A stretch of 64,000 nt of DNA from Pelagibacterales bacterium SAG-MED01 (GTDB lineage Bacteria; Pseudomonadota; Alphaproteobacteria; Pelagibacterales; Pelagibacteraceae): positions 27,279 through 91,278 of the forward strand of contig JACWCY010000003.1 in assembly GCA_014654455.1 (NCBI GenBank), in the 5' to 3' direction. The position numbers and the translations under genes were made by a program. Under the pieces are notes generated by a model, which saw only the letters and a list, made by a program, of their open reading frames with translations, was not told where the DNA came from and did no database searches. This document shows positions 1 through 9,765 of the stretch, piece by piece (the stretch's first letter is position 1; the number at the start of each line of letters is the position of its first letter).

Positions 1-108
1 TTTGATGTAACATTTAAAAGAATGTGGGAATTTTACTTGTGCTATTGCGAGGCTGGATTTAAATCAAAAAATATCGATTTAATACAATTTTCAATTCAAA
101 ATAAATAA
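1..108 (+). CDS. cfa: C-terminal end of a cyclopropane-fatty-acyl-phospholipid synthase family SAM methyltransferase (5'-truncated by the window edge)
   Basis: Frame 1 reads FDVTFKRMWEFYLCYCEAGFKSKNIDLIQFSIQNK*. The RMWEFYLxYCEAGF motif is the Cfa-family C-terminus. Not in the ORF track. Confidence 0.85.
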   Translation, partial: FDVTFKRMWEFYLCYCEAGFKSKNIDLIQFSIQNK

Positions 109-123
109 GGGGAGGGCAATACT

Positions 124-672
124 ATGCGCGACATAAAATTATTCAGATCAATTTTATTGATAATTTCCTTAATCTTAATTACAAGTTGTTCAAAAAATAG
201 CTCTATGAAACCAATTGATTTCAAAGATAAAGAACCAAGATTGATTATTGAAGAATATTTGTCAGGAAATATTAAGGCCTGGGGTGTCCTTCAAAACAGA
301 TCTGGAAAAGTTACTAGACAATTTTCTGCTGATTTAAATGGAAAATGGGATGGAAAACAATTGATATTAGATGAAAAATTTAATTGGGATGATGGTGAAA
401 TTCAAACTAGACAATGGCAAATAACTAAAATTGATGAAAATAGCTATGAAGGTACTGCAGGGGATGTTGTGGGAAAAGCAAAAGGTTATTCATATGGACC
501 AGCATTTAAGTTTGAATATGTTCTTTTAGTTCCTGTTAAAGGCAAAGAAATGAAAATCACTTTTGATGACTGGATATTCAAACAAGATGATCGTGTTGCA
601 ATAAATAGAGCGACCATGACTAAGTTTGGTTTTAAAGTTGCTGAATTAACGGTAGTATTTGTAAAAGATTAA
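124..672 (+). CDS. DUF3833-family lipoprotein
   Basis: Signal peptide with lipobox-like LITSC; GKVTRQF, DEKFNWDDGEIQTRQW and FDDWIF motifs; GGAG RBS upstream. Confidence 0.75.
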   Translation: MRDIKLFRSILLIISLILITSCSKNSSMKPIDFKDKEPRLIIEEYLSGNIKAWGVLQNRSGKVTRQFSADLNGKWDGKQLILDEKFNWDDGEIQTRQWQITKIDENSYEGTAGDVVGKAKGYSYGPAFKFEYVLLVPVKGKEMKITFDDWIFKQDDRVAINRATMTKFGFKVAELTVVFVKD

Positions 673-1430
673 TTATTTTTTTGATATTTTGTCATTTTAC
701 CAATCAGCCCAAAATAAATTTTACTAGGTAAAAAACTCAATATTTTTAATATAAGAGTTAGAGATTTAGGAAAATGAATTTCAAAAACACCTTTATTCAT
801 TAGCCCATCATAAATTTTTTCAGCTGCATATTCTGTAGTTTTAAGGAAAGGCATTTTAAAATCATTTTTATCTGTCATTGGCGTTTTTATAAATCCAGGT
901 GATACCAAACAAACACGTACATTGGATCTCTTAAAATCAAAGTATAAACTTTCAGCTAAATTATTCAGAGCAGATTTTGAAGGCCCATAACCAGTTGAAT
1001 TTGGCAATCCTCTATAACCAGCTATTGACGAAACAATGGTGATAATACCTTCTTTTTTATTTTTAAAATATTCCTCCACAGCTTTAATGCTATTTAATGT
1101 ACCAAAAAAGTTCACTTTAAACACATCTTCTATTTGTTCAACATCAATATCCTTCTCTTTTTTTGGATTCCAGGTTCCAGTTGAAAAAAAACAAATATCA
1201 ACATTTTGGAATTTATTTCTTATTTGTTCAAAAACTTCTTTACACTTTAACTTATCAGTAACATCGAGTGGAAATCCTTCAATATTTTCGTTGTTATTGG
1301 AAATTTCTTTAAGTAGATTTTCTCTTCTTGCAGAAATTGCAACATTCCACCCTTTATTAGCAAATTTAATAGCCAAAGCTTTACCAATACCTGTGCTTCC
1401 ACCTGTTATCCAAATAGTTTTTTTATTCAT
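669..1430 (-). CDS. Short-chain dehydrogenase/reductase
   Basis: TGGSTGIG Rossmann motif and YGPSK (YxxxK) catalytic motif. Confidence 0.9.
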   Translation of the reverse strand: MNKKTIWITGGSTGIGKALAIKFANKGWNVAISARRENLLKEISNNNENIEGFPLDVTDKLKCKEVFEQIRNKFQNVDICFFSTGTWNPKKEKDIDVEQIEDVFKVNFFGTLNSIKAVEEYFKNKKEGIITIVSSIAGYRGLPNSTGYGPSKSALNNLAESLYFDFKRSNVRVCLVSPGFIKTPMTDKNDFKMPFLKTTEYAAEKIYDGLMNKGVFEIHFPKSLTLILKILSFLPSKIYFGLIGKMTKYQKNN

Positions 1431-1442
1431 TCTATAGTGATG

Positions 1443-1448
1443 TATAAT
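1443..1448 (+). promoter_or_regulatory. Perfect -10 box (TATAAT) 6 nt before ATG 1455; probable leaderless tspO promoter
   Basis: TATAAT at 1443-1448, ATG at 1455, no SD between them. Confidence 0.45.
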
Positions 1449-1454
1449 ACTTAT

Positions 1455-1922
1455 ATGTTAAAAAATAAATTTATATCATTTATTTTATTTTTTATAATTA
1501 CATATTCTGCTTCATTTATTGGAGGAATGGCGACAATAAGTTTTAAAGAACCATGGTATTCAAAGCTTGTAAAATCAAATTATAATCCACCAGACTGGGT
1601 TTTTGCACCAGTTTGGACCACCTTATATCTAATGATGACATTAGCTATTTGGTTTTATTGGCACAGTAAAAACAGAGACATGAATACAATCTATATCTAT
1701 TTTATACACATCGTTTTCAATACAACTTGGAGTATTGTTTTTTTTGGGTTACATCAAATTTTATTAGCTTTAATTGTACTTTTAATTTTAATTATTTTGA
1801 TAATTATTCTTATTCTAAGATTTAAACGTGTCAATTATGTAAGTTCTTATTTAATGATTCCCTATTTACTTTGGAGTTGCTATGCACTATTTCTCAATTT
1901 TAACTTATTTATTTTAAATTAA
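1455..1922 (+). CDS. tspO: TspO/MBR tryptophan-rich sensory protein
   Basis: WYSKLVKSNYNPPDWVFAPVWTTLY and PYLLWSCYALFLN motifs. Start set at ATG 1455 rather than 1437. Confidence 0.9.
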   Translation: MLKNKFISFILFFIITYSASFIGGMATISFKEPWYSKLVKSNYNPPDWVFAPVWTTLYLMMTLAIWFYWHSKNRDMNTIYIYFIHIVFNTTWSIVFFGLHQILLALIVLLILIILIIILILRFKRVNYVSSYLMIPYLLWSCYALFLNFNLFILN

Positions 1923-1923
1923 T

Positions 1924-3027
1924 ATGGATGATGTTGTAATAGTTGGTGGTGGGATTATTGGTACAGCAACAGCTTATTTTTTATCAAAAGAGGGTAGAAA
2001 AGTAAAAGTTATTGAGAGAGATCCGACATATAAAACAGCTTCTTTTCCTTTGTCATTAGGAGGTTTTAGAAGACAATTTTTTCAAACAGAAAATATTTTA
2101 CTTGGTAAATTTGCAAGAGAATTTATTTTTCAAATACCAGAATTACTTAAAACAGAAAAAAATCCAAAACCAACAGCAAGTATGGTGACTAATGGGTATT
2201 TATTAATGTTTGGACCTGAACACGCAGAAGAACAATATAAAGCTTTAGAAAATCACAAAGCATGTGAGGCTGGAACAAAAAATATTAAAGGATCTGATTT
2301 AACAAAATTTTTTCCTTATATAAATAATGAAGGTATTGAAACTGCAACATTTACAGATAATCAAAGTGAAGGATGGATTGATCCTTTCATGTTTCATAGC
2401 GCATTAAAAAGTAAAGCAATTGAACTTGGTGCTGAATTCACCAAAGGAGAAGTAAAATCGCTTTCTGAAATAAAAGCTAAAACAATTATTTCTGCAGCTG
2501 GATGTTGGACAAAAGAATTATTAGAAGACATTCCAGTTGAACCTCAAAAGCACACTGTATTTAGGGTGAAGTGCCCAAAGCATATTCCTGAAATGCCTTT
2601 AACTGGAGATTTAACAACAGGAGTATATTGGCGACCAGAGGGAAAAGAATATTTAGCAGGGTCTCCTAAGTCTGTTTTTGATGCAGATGATCTAGAACCT
2701 GCATGGGAGGACTTTGAAGAACTTGTTTGGCCTGCATTAGCTCAAAGAATACCTGCCATGGAAGAGCTGAAGTTAACTGGAGGATGGGCTGGTTATTATG
2801 ATTGTAATAAACTTGATAATAACGCTGTTGTTGGAAAACACCCAAAATTTGAAAATGTTTATTTAGCCACAGGTTTTACTGGTAGAGGTTTGATGCAAGC
2901 CCCAGGAATTGGTAGAGCCTTAACAGAATTGATCACAACAGGTGCTTATCAATCAATTGATATTTCAAATATGGCTGTTGAGAGAGTATTGGGAAAAGAA
3001 GCAAGACCAGAACCTTACGTACTGTAG
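1924..3027 (+). CDS. FAD-dependent oxidoreductase, DAO/sarcosine-oxidase-beta (FOXRED1-like) family; substrate unknown
   Basis: VVIVGGGIIG FAD motif, GWIDP, WAGYYD, GFTGRGLMQAPGIG. Confidence 0.8.
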   Translation: MDDVVIVGGGIIGTATAYFLSKEGRKVKVIERDPTYKTASFPLSLGGFRRQFFQTENILLGKFAREFIFQIPELLKTEKNPKPTASMVTNGYLLMFGPEHAEEQYKALENHKACEAGTKNIKGSDLTKFFPYINNEGIETATFTDNQSEGWIDPFMFHSALKSKAIELGAEFTKGEVKSLSEIKAKTIISAAGCWTKELLEDIPVEPQKHTVFRVKCPKHIPEMPLTGDLTTGVYWRPEGKEYLAGSPKSVFDADDLEPAWEDFEELVWPALAQRIPAMEELKLTGGWAGYYDCNKLDNNAVVGKHPKFENVYLATGFTGRGLMQAPGIGRALTELITTGAYQSIDISNMAVERVLGKEARPEPYVL

Positions 3028-4476
3028 TCAAGTTCCACAAAAAGTTTGGTAATTTTTCTTTAAATTAGATGGAGTTTGGTAATCAAGAATATTTTTTTGG
3101 TGTGAGTAGGGATCTTTTAAAATTTCTACTAATTGAATAATAGGTTTTAAATTATCTTTTTCAGCTGCTTCAAGAACCTCTTCAACTTTATGATTTCTTG
3201 GAATAATAAGAGGATTAACAGTTTTCATTAATTTTAAATATTTTTCAGGAGTATTATTGTTCATTTTTAGTCTTTCATTCCATCTTTTTTTCCAATTTTG
3301 AAAATCTTCATCTTCATAATTTTTATCCTCTTTAATTTTTTCGTTCATTAAATGGCAAAAAGTATTTGTGTAATCAACTTTTTTTTGATGCATCCAAGTA
3401 AGCAAATCTAGGATTAAAAACTTATCTTTTTCATCAACTCCAAATAATCCTAGTTTATCTCTCATCATATTGAGCCATTTTTCTTCATATTTTTTTTCAA
3501 AAGAATTTATAATTTTGGTTGCTAATTGAATTGCTTTCTCTTGATCTTTGTCAATCAAAGGTAATAAACATTCAGCAAGTCTAGATAGATTCCATTTTGT
3601 GATAATAGGTTGATTGCAATAAGCATATCTACCCATTTGATCTATAGAACTAAATACAGTTTTTGGATCATATGTATCCATAAATGCACAAGGTCCATAA
3701 TCGATTGTTTCACCTGAAATACTCATATTATCAGTATTCATTACACCATGAATGAAACCGACTCTCATCCAGTTGACAACCAGATTAATTTGTTTTTCTA
3801 AAACAATATTCAAAAGTTCCTCAGCTTTATATTTGGAATCTTTTATATTTGGATAATGTCTATGAATTACATAATTTAATAATTCTTCAAGTTCACTTTT
3901 TTTTTGTCTAGCAGCAATATATTGAAAAGTTCCAACTCTTATATGACTTGAAGCTATCCTAGTTAGAATTGCACCTGGTAGAGAGGTTTCTCTGATTACA
4001 TCCTCACCTGTTTTAACAACTGCTAAACTTCTTGTAGTGGGAATTCTTAGTCCATTCATAGCTTCGCTAATTATATATTCTCTTAACATTGGACCTAATG
4101 CTGCTCTACCATCACCATTTCTTGAAAATGCTGTTTTTCCAGAACCTTTAAGTTGAATATCATATCTTTTATTATCTTTTGATAAGTGTTCTCCAATTAA
4201 AACAGCTCGACCATCCCCTAGCATAGTAAAATGACCAAATTGATGGCCCGCATATGCTTGAGCAAGACTATTACATCCCTCTGGTAAAGAATTTCCTGAG
4301 AATAATTCAGATAACTTTTGATTTTCCGAATTTGAAAAATTTAGATTAAGATTTTCTGCAAGCTTTTTATTAAGTAAAACTAATTCAGGTTTTTTAACTG
4401 GGACAGGTTTTATATCTTCTTTAAAAGCTTTTGATAATTTGTAATAAGTATTATCAAAACACCATCCAATGGTCAT
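3028..4476 (-). CDS. selO: Protein adenylyltransferase SelO (YdiU) family
   Basis: AYAGHQFG, LGDGRA, QLKGSGKTAFSRNGDGRA, GFIHGVMNTDNM, IDYGPCAF and a C-terminal QTFCGT. Confidence 0.93.
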   Translation of the reverse strand: MTIGWCFDNTYYKLSKAFKEDIKPVPVKKPELVLLNKKLAENLNLNFSNSENQKLSELFSGNSLPEGCNSLAQAYAGHQFGHFTMLGDGRAVLIGEHLSKDNKRYDIQLKGSGKTAFSRNGDGRAALGPMLREYIISEAMNGLRIPTTRSLAVVKTGEDVIRETSLPGAILTRIASSHIRVGTFQYIAARQKKSELEELLNYVIHRHYPNIKDSKYKAEELLNIVLEKQINLVVNWMRVGFIHGVMNTDNMSISGETIDYGPCAFMDTYDPKTVFSSIDQMGRYAYCNQPIITKWNLSRLAECLLPLIDKDQEKAIQLATKIINSFEKKYEEKWLNMMRDKLGLFGVDEKDKFLILDLLTWMHQKKVDYTNTFCHLMNEKIKEDKNYEDEDFQNWKKRWNERLKMNNNTPEKYLKLMKTVNPLIIPRNHKVEEVLEAAEKDNLKPIIQLVEILKDPYSHQKNILDYQTPSNLKKNYQTFCGT

Positions 4477-4481
4477 TTGAT

Positions 4482-7250
4482 TTAACTTACTTCAGCCTGA
4501 TGGTCTTTTGGTTTTACTTCAGTTTTGAATTGATTTGAGATTTTTTGTACTTCTACTGATGAAACTTTGTATTCAGCACACATTGTTTCTTCATCTTTTC
4601 CATGACCAGTTACCATATTAACCATATGTTCAGGGAAATGAAATGTTGTAAAAACTATACCCTCTTTTACTTTATCAGTAACCTCTACTTTTAAGGCAAC
4701 CTCACCTCTTCCTGAATACAATCTTCCAATATCACCGGTATTTAAATCTCTATTTGCTGCGTCTTTAGGATGTATTAACAAAACATCTTCATCAACGATA
4801 TTAATATTATTTGTTCTTCTTGTCATCGTAGCAGCATTATAGTGCTGTAAAACTCTACTTGTTGTTAAAATTAATGGATAATCTTTATGATTAGTTTCAA
4901 TTTCTGTAGATTCTTTCCAGTCAAAGTTTTTTAATCTACCTTTTCCTAACTTAAATTCTTCAGTATGTAATATTTGAGTATCAGTTCCATCCTCTTTGAC
5001 AGGCCATTGTAGTCCCATTTTTCCTAATCTTTCTCGGGTAATTCCCTTGAAAAAAGGAACAATATCTGCAATTTCAGCTAATACCTGATCTGCATCATAC
5101 GTAGGTTGATCAAATCCAAGTTTTTGCATCATATCTGTTACTATAACACCATCTGGTTTCGTGCCTGGTAATGGAGGAACAGCTCTATTAACTCTTTGAA
5201 CTCTTCTTTCAGTATTTGTAAATGTACCATCTTTTTCTAAAAAGGTAGTTCCTGGTAAGACTACTGTTGCAAGTTTAGCTGTTTCACTCATAAAAATTTC
5301 TTGAACAACTAATAGTTCTAAAGAATTCATAGCATCAACTACGTGAGCACTATTAGGATCTGTTTGCACAATATCCTCACCAATAATCCAAATTCCTTTT
5401 AAATCTTTTTTAATAGCTGCATCAAACATTTGAGGTATTTTTAGTCCAGCTTTAGTTGGGTGTGTAACACCATATTTATTACTGTAAAATTTTTGATTTT
5501 TTTCATCTGCAACTTCAAAGTATCCCGCACCTTGGTGAGGCTGACAACCCATATCAGCAGCACCTTGAACATTGTTTTGACCTCTTAAAGGGTTTACACC
5601 AACTCCTTTTCTTCCAATATTACCAGTGATCATGGCTAAGTCTGCAATTAACATAACAGTTTTTGATCCCTGTTCATGTTCAGTTACTCCTAGACCATGA
5701 AATTCCATTGAATTTTTAGCAGTAGCATAAGCTATTGCAGCTTCTTTAACTAATTGCTTATCGACTCCTGCAACTTTTGCTAATTCATCGATATCTTGTC
5801 TTTCAATTTCTTTCAAAAAATTATCAAAACCTTCTGTACGATCTCTTATAAAATCAACGTTATATAATTTAGATTTAACTATAAAATATAACATCATATT
5901 AAGGACAGCTACGTTGGTACCAGGTCTCAATTTAATATGGTAATCTGCTAGTTGTGCAACTTCAGTTGTAATAGGATCTAAAACAATCAGTTTTTTACCT
6001 TTCATCACTTGTTGTTTTATTTTTGCACCTGTAACTGGATGAGCGTTTGTTGGGTTTGCTCCAATAATTAAAAATAAATCTGCATGATAAATATCTTCCG
6101 TAGAATTTGTTGCTGCACCTGTTCCAAAAGTTTGTTGCATTCCCCAAGCAGTGGGTGAATGACAAATTCTCGCACAACAGTCAACACTGTTTGTACCGAC
6201 AGCTGCTCTAATCATTTTTTGAAAAACATAGTTTTCTTCATTAGTGCATCTAGCAGATGAAATACCTGCAAATGCATCAGGACCATGATCTTTAATAATT
6301 CTTTGCATCTCTTTTTTAATAAAATCGTATGCTTGATCCCAAGTTGCTTCTTCAAATTTTCCATTTCTTTTAATTAATGGTGTTTTAAGTCTGTCAGGAT
6401 GATCATAAAAACCAAATGCATACCTTCCTTTAATACAGGTATGTCCCGCATTAACCTCTGTTTCTTTGGGCGTATCTATAGCAACAACTTTATTATCTTT
6501 AATTGAAGTTTCTAAATTACAACCCACACCACAGTATGAACAAGTGGTTCTTACTTTTTTATCTACTGAAGCAGACTTTGATTGAAATACATCAGAAATA
6601 GCATCAGTTGGACAAGTATGTGCGCAGGCTCCACAAGAAACACAAGATGAGTCTCCAAAAGTCATGTCATTATCTGTTGTGATTTTTGACTCAAATCCTC
6701 TTCCAGACATGGTTAAGACAAATGATCCTTGAATTTCATCACAGGCTCTAACACATCTTCCACAATTAATACAATTATCTAAATTCATTCTCATATAATC
6801 ATGAGAAGTATCTCTTGGAATGCCTTTGTGTTGCTTTGGATTTTTGTATCTGTGTCCAGAAATGCCTAAGTCATTAGCAACAGTTTGAAGTTCACAATTA
6901 TTATTCACTTCACATGAGTCACATTCCATAGGATGGTCAGTTAAGACCAATTCCACTATATTTTTTCTAAGATTATGGAGATTATCATTTGTTGTGAAAA
7001 TATGTTGATTTTCAACTATTGGAGTATGACAAGACGCAACCACTTTCGTTGGCCCATCTTTTTCCAATGCTACTTCAACAGAACAAACTCTACAAGCACC
7101 ATAGGGTGCTAAATTAGGATCATCACACAATGATGGTACTTTTTTTTCACCAACATAGCTTTTAACAAATTTTAATATTGATGTATGGCTAGCCCCTATC
7201 TCATACGGCTTACCATCAATATAAGCAATTTTTCTTTTTTCAGAACTCAT
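4482..7250 (-). CDS. fdhF: Formate dehydrogenase alpha subunit (cytoplasmic, Mo-bisPGD, Cys-ligated; FdsA/FdhF type)
   Basis: N-terminal 2Fe-2S (GACRVC), HxxxCxxC, two 4Fe-4S ferredoxin motifs, CSYCGVGC, active-site DCCARICH (Cys, not Sec) and PLRGQNNVQG. No Tat signal. Confidence 0.93.
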   Translation of the reverse strand: MSSEKRKIAYIDGKPYEIGASHTSILKFVKSYVGEKKVPSLCDDPNLAPYGACRVCSVEVALEKDGPTKVVASCHTPIVENQHIFTTNDNLHNLRKNIVELVLTDHPMECDSCEVNNNCELQTVANDLGISGHRYKNPKQHKGIPRDTSHDYMRMNLDNCINCGRCVRACDEIQGSFVLTMSGRGFESKITTDNDMTFGDSSCVSCGACAHTCPTDAISDVFQSKSASVDKKVRTTCSYCGVGCNLETSIKDNKVVAIDTPKETEVNAGHTCIKGRYAFGFYDHPDRLKTPLIKRNGKFEEATWDQAYDFIKKEMQRIIKDHGPDAFAGISSARCTNEENYVFQKMIRAAVGTNSVDCCARICHSPTAWGMQQTFGTGAATNSTEDIYHADLFLIIGANPTNAHPVTGAKIKQQVMKGKKLIVLDPITTEVAQLADYHIKLRPGTNVAVLNMMLYFIVKSKLYNVDFIRDRTEGFDNFLKEIERQDIDELAKVAGVDKQLVKEAAIAYATAKNSMEFHGLGVTEHEQGSKTVMLIADLAMITGNIGRKGVGVNPLRGQNNVQGAADMGCQPHQGAGYFEVADEKNQKFYSNKYGVTHPTKAGLKIPQMFDAAIKKDLKGIWIIGEDIVQTDPNSAHVVDAMNSLELLVVQEIFMSETAKLATVVLPGTTFLEKDGTFTNTERRVQRVNRAVPPLPGTKPDGVIVTDMMQKLGFDQPTYDADQVLAEIADIVPFFKGITRERLGKMGLQWPVKEDGTDTQILHTEEFKLGKGRLKNFDWKESTEIETNHKDYPLILTTSRVLQHYNAATMTRRTNNINIVDEDVLLIHPKDAANRDLNTGDIGRLYSGRGEVALKVEVTDKVKEGIVFTTFHFPEHMVNMVTGHGKDEETMCAEYKVSSVEVQKISNQFKTEVKPKDHQAEVS

Positions 7251-8905
7251 TAGTTATCTTTTACCATATCACCTTTCATTTCATCACCAAAATATTTTAA
7301 GATGTTCATTATGGGAGTTGGTATTGCACCACATAGCGCACATAAACAACCCTTTTTCATTGTTACTAATAATTCATTAAGCAATTTAAGAGGAATTTTT
7401 GCAGTTTTTTTCTTAACCTGCTCAAACATCTCTTTTCCTCTATAAGATCCTAACCTGCCTGGAAAACATTTACCGCAAGACTCCTCAGCAGAAAATTCAA
7501 ATAAATGGTGAATGTATTCAGTCATTGGAAAATTTTTAGGAATACTTACAACACTGGCATGACCTAGCATAAAACCTTTTGAGGTAAATTCCTGAAAGTC
7601 TAAATTAAGATTATCAATTTCACTAAGAGGAACAACACCACCTAGAGGACCACCAACTTGAAATGCTTTTAAGGGTTCTTTGTATCCACCACCAATTTCA
7701 TTAAATATTTTTTTCATTGGTGTTCCCATATCTATTTCATAAACACCTGGATTATTAAAAAAACTGTCTAAACAAACTAACTTTGTTCCCGCAGATTTTT
7801 TATTTCCAATTGATGAGAATTTTTCAGCACCATTAATTAAAATACCCGTTGCTGCTGCTAAAGTTTCAACATTGTTAACTACAGTTGGCTTTTTATAAAG
7901 TCCCTCAGTAACCGGAAATGGAGGTCTAACATCTACCTCAGCACGCCTACCTTCAATTGATGCTATCAAAGCTGTTTCTTCACCACAAATATAAGCGCCT
8001 TGACCAATACAAATTCCAAGATCAAAAGAAAATTTAGTACCTAAAATATTTTCACCCAACAAGTTTAATTTTTTAAGTTCATTAATACATCCATTAATTG
8101 CTTCTATAGATTTTGGATATTCACCTCTAATATATAATACTCCTTCATCACTTCCTATTACCAAACCACATATTACCATTCCAAAAATAACTTTTAATGG
8201 CTGGTCCTCTAAAAGGTATCTGTCAGAAAATGCACCTGAGTCTCCTTCATCAGCGTTACATATAACATATTTTTTATCACCTTTTGCTTTACTACAGAAA
8301 TCCCATTTCATTCCAGCTGGAAAGCCTGCACCACCTCTTCCTGTTAGATTGGAGTCTAGTAATGACTTAACAATTTCTTTTTTATCTACTTTTAGGAATC
8401 TATTTAATTGATCTTTAAATTGTTCTGTTGAAGAAAGTTTATCATCCATTAAAAAGCTTGTAGTTGCATAACTTTTTGAAAAAAATTTTTCTTGTTTGAT
8501 ATCTTCTCCTTTTAAAATTTGATCAATTTTTTCAATATCTTTTCCTGCATAGTTTTCACCATCATAATGGAAAGCATGATTTTCGTAACAGTGCCCCAAA
8601 CAAAACATTTCACCTACTTTATCATCTCCAAGTTTTGATTTTAAAGTTTCTTTTAATTTGTCTTGAGTACCAGCACACATGCAGGCGCTGCCATTACAAA
8701 CAAAAGCTTTTTTTTCTCTATGTGAAGGTCTTAAAAACTCATAAAAGCTTTCTGCTCCATGAATAGTTGAAACACCTAAATTATATTCTTTCGCGATTTC
8801 TTTAATATCTTTTGGTGAGTTATTAAGGACATTTTCAGACATTTTTTTAAAAAGGTTGTCTTTCAATCCAACTCTACCTGATAAATTACTTATATTTTTT
8901 GACAC
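7250..8905 (-). CDS. Formate dehydrogenase beta/diaphorase subunit: NuoE-like 2Fe-2S domain fused to a NuoF-like FMN/NADH domain
   Basis: VCNGSAC...CLGHC (NuoE-like), RGGAGFPAGMKW, CNADEGD, GAYICGEETALI, PTVVNNVETL. The stop overlaps the alpha start. Confidence 0.88.
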   Translation of the reverse strand: MSKNISNLSGRVGLKDNLFKKMSENVLNNSPKDIKEIAKEYNLGVSTIHGAESFYEFLRPSHREKKAFVCNGSACMCAGTQDKLKETLKSKLGDDKVGEMFCLGHCYENHAFHYDGENYAGKDIEKIDQILKGEDIKQEKFFSKSYATTSFLMDDKLSSTEQFKDQLNRFLKVDKKEIVKSLLDSNLTGRGGAGFPAGMKWDFCSKAKGDKKYVICNADEGDSGAFSDRYLLEDQPLKVIFGMVICGLVIGSDEGVLYIRGEYPKSIEAINGCINELKKLNLLGENILGTKFSFDLGICIGQGAYICGEETALIASIEGRRAEVDVRPPFPVTEGLYKKPTVVNNVETLAAATGILINGAEKFSSIGNKKSAGTKLVCLDSFFNNPGVYEIDMGTPMKKIFNEIGGGYKEPLKAFQVGGPLGGVVPLSEIDNLNLDFQEFTSKGFMLGHASVVSIPKNFPMTEYIHHLFEFSAEESCGKCFPGRLGSYRGKEMFEQVKKKTAKIPLKLLNELLVTMKKGCLCALCGAIPTPIMNILKYFGDEMKGDMVKDN

Positions 8906-8921
8906 TAGTCTCCCCGCAATA

Positions 8922-9761
8922 TTAATTTACAATAACTTTTTGGTTATTTGTGTAAATGTTAAAACTATCCTCTTTTACGAAACCTATCAAGGTCATGTCA
9001 AATCTATTCGCTAGGTCTATTGCTAGACTAGTTGGCGCACCTACACCAATCATTAAGCCAATATTTGTCATTAAAACTTTCTGCACAAGTTCAAAATTAA
9101 GCCGACCTGAGCAAGTCACAAATTGATTTTTAGCCTCAATTTGGTTTTTATTTAAGGCATTTCCAATCATTTTATCTAAAGCATTATGCCTTCCAACATC
9201 TTCTCTAAGGGATATCAATTTTCCATCAGACGAAAATAATCCACTCGCATGAATTCCACCTGTTTTTGAAAACTCAGATTGATTTTGTCTTAATATTGAT
9301 GGTGATTTAATTATAATTTCTTTTGTTAATTTAGGCTCAGCCTTAAAAGTTTTTTCTTTTTTAATAATTTCTAAGGCATCAAGTGATGATTTTCCACAAA
9401 CTCCACATGATGAATTTGTTAAGAAGTCTCTTTTAATTTTAGAAATATTTATATTTTTGGAGTTATTAAGAGTGATTAATATTTTGTTTTGAATTTTATA
9501 TCGTCCAACTTTTTCACCAATACTTTGTATATTATCTACTTCATTTAAATTTTGAATTATTTGTTCATTAAATAAAAAACCTTTTACCAAGTCCTCATCA
9601 TGACCTGGTGTTCTCATTGTTATTGAAAGGCTGCTTGTCACCCATTCATTTTGATCTTTATATTTTATTGAGATTTCTAAAGGCTCCTCTATTGAAATAA
9701 GATCATCAATCTTTTCAAATTTATTTTTTTTAAATTTGATTACCTTATACTTAGAATTCAT
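8922..9761 (-). CDS. fdhD: Formate dehydrogenase accessory sulfurtransferase
   Basis: EEPLEI, MRTPG, SSCGVCGK, TGGIHASGLF, EDVGRHNALDK. Confidence 0.95.
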   Translation of the reverse strand: MNSKYKVIKFKKNKFEKIDDLISIEEPLEISIKYKDQNEWVTSSLSITMRTPGHDEDLVKGFLFNEQIIQNLNEVDNIQSIGEKVGRYKIQNKILITLNNSKNINISKIKRDFLTNSSCGVCGKSSLDALEIIKKEKTFKAEPKLTKEIIIKSPSILRQNQSEFSKTGGIHASGLFSSDGKLISLREDVGRHNALDKMIGNALNKNQIEAKNQFVTCSGRLNFELVQKVLMTNIGLMIGVGAPTSLAIDLANRFDMTLIGFVKEDSFNIYTNNQKVIVN

Positions 9762-9765
9762 CCAA

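Noticed and set aside
4482-7250. Selenocysteine FDH or a Sec system, suggested by the adjacent selO
   Set aside because: The active-site residue is Cys, there is no in-frame TGA, and SelO ends in Cys-Gly-Thr.
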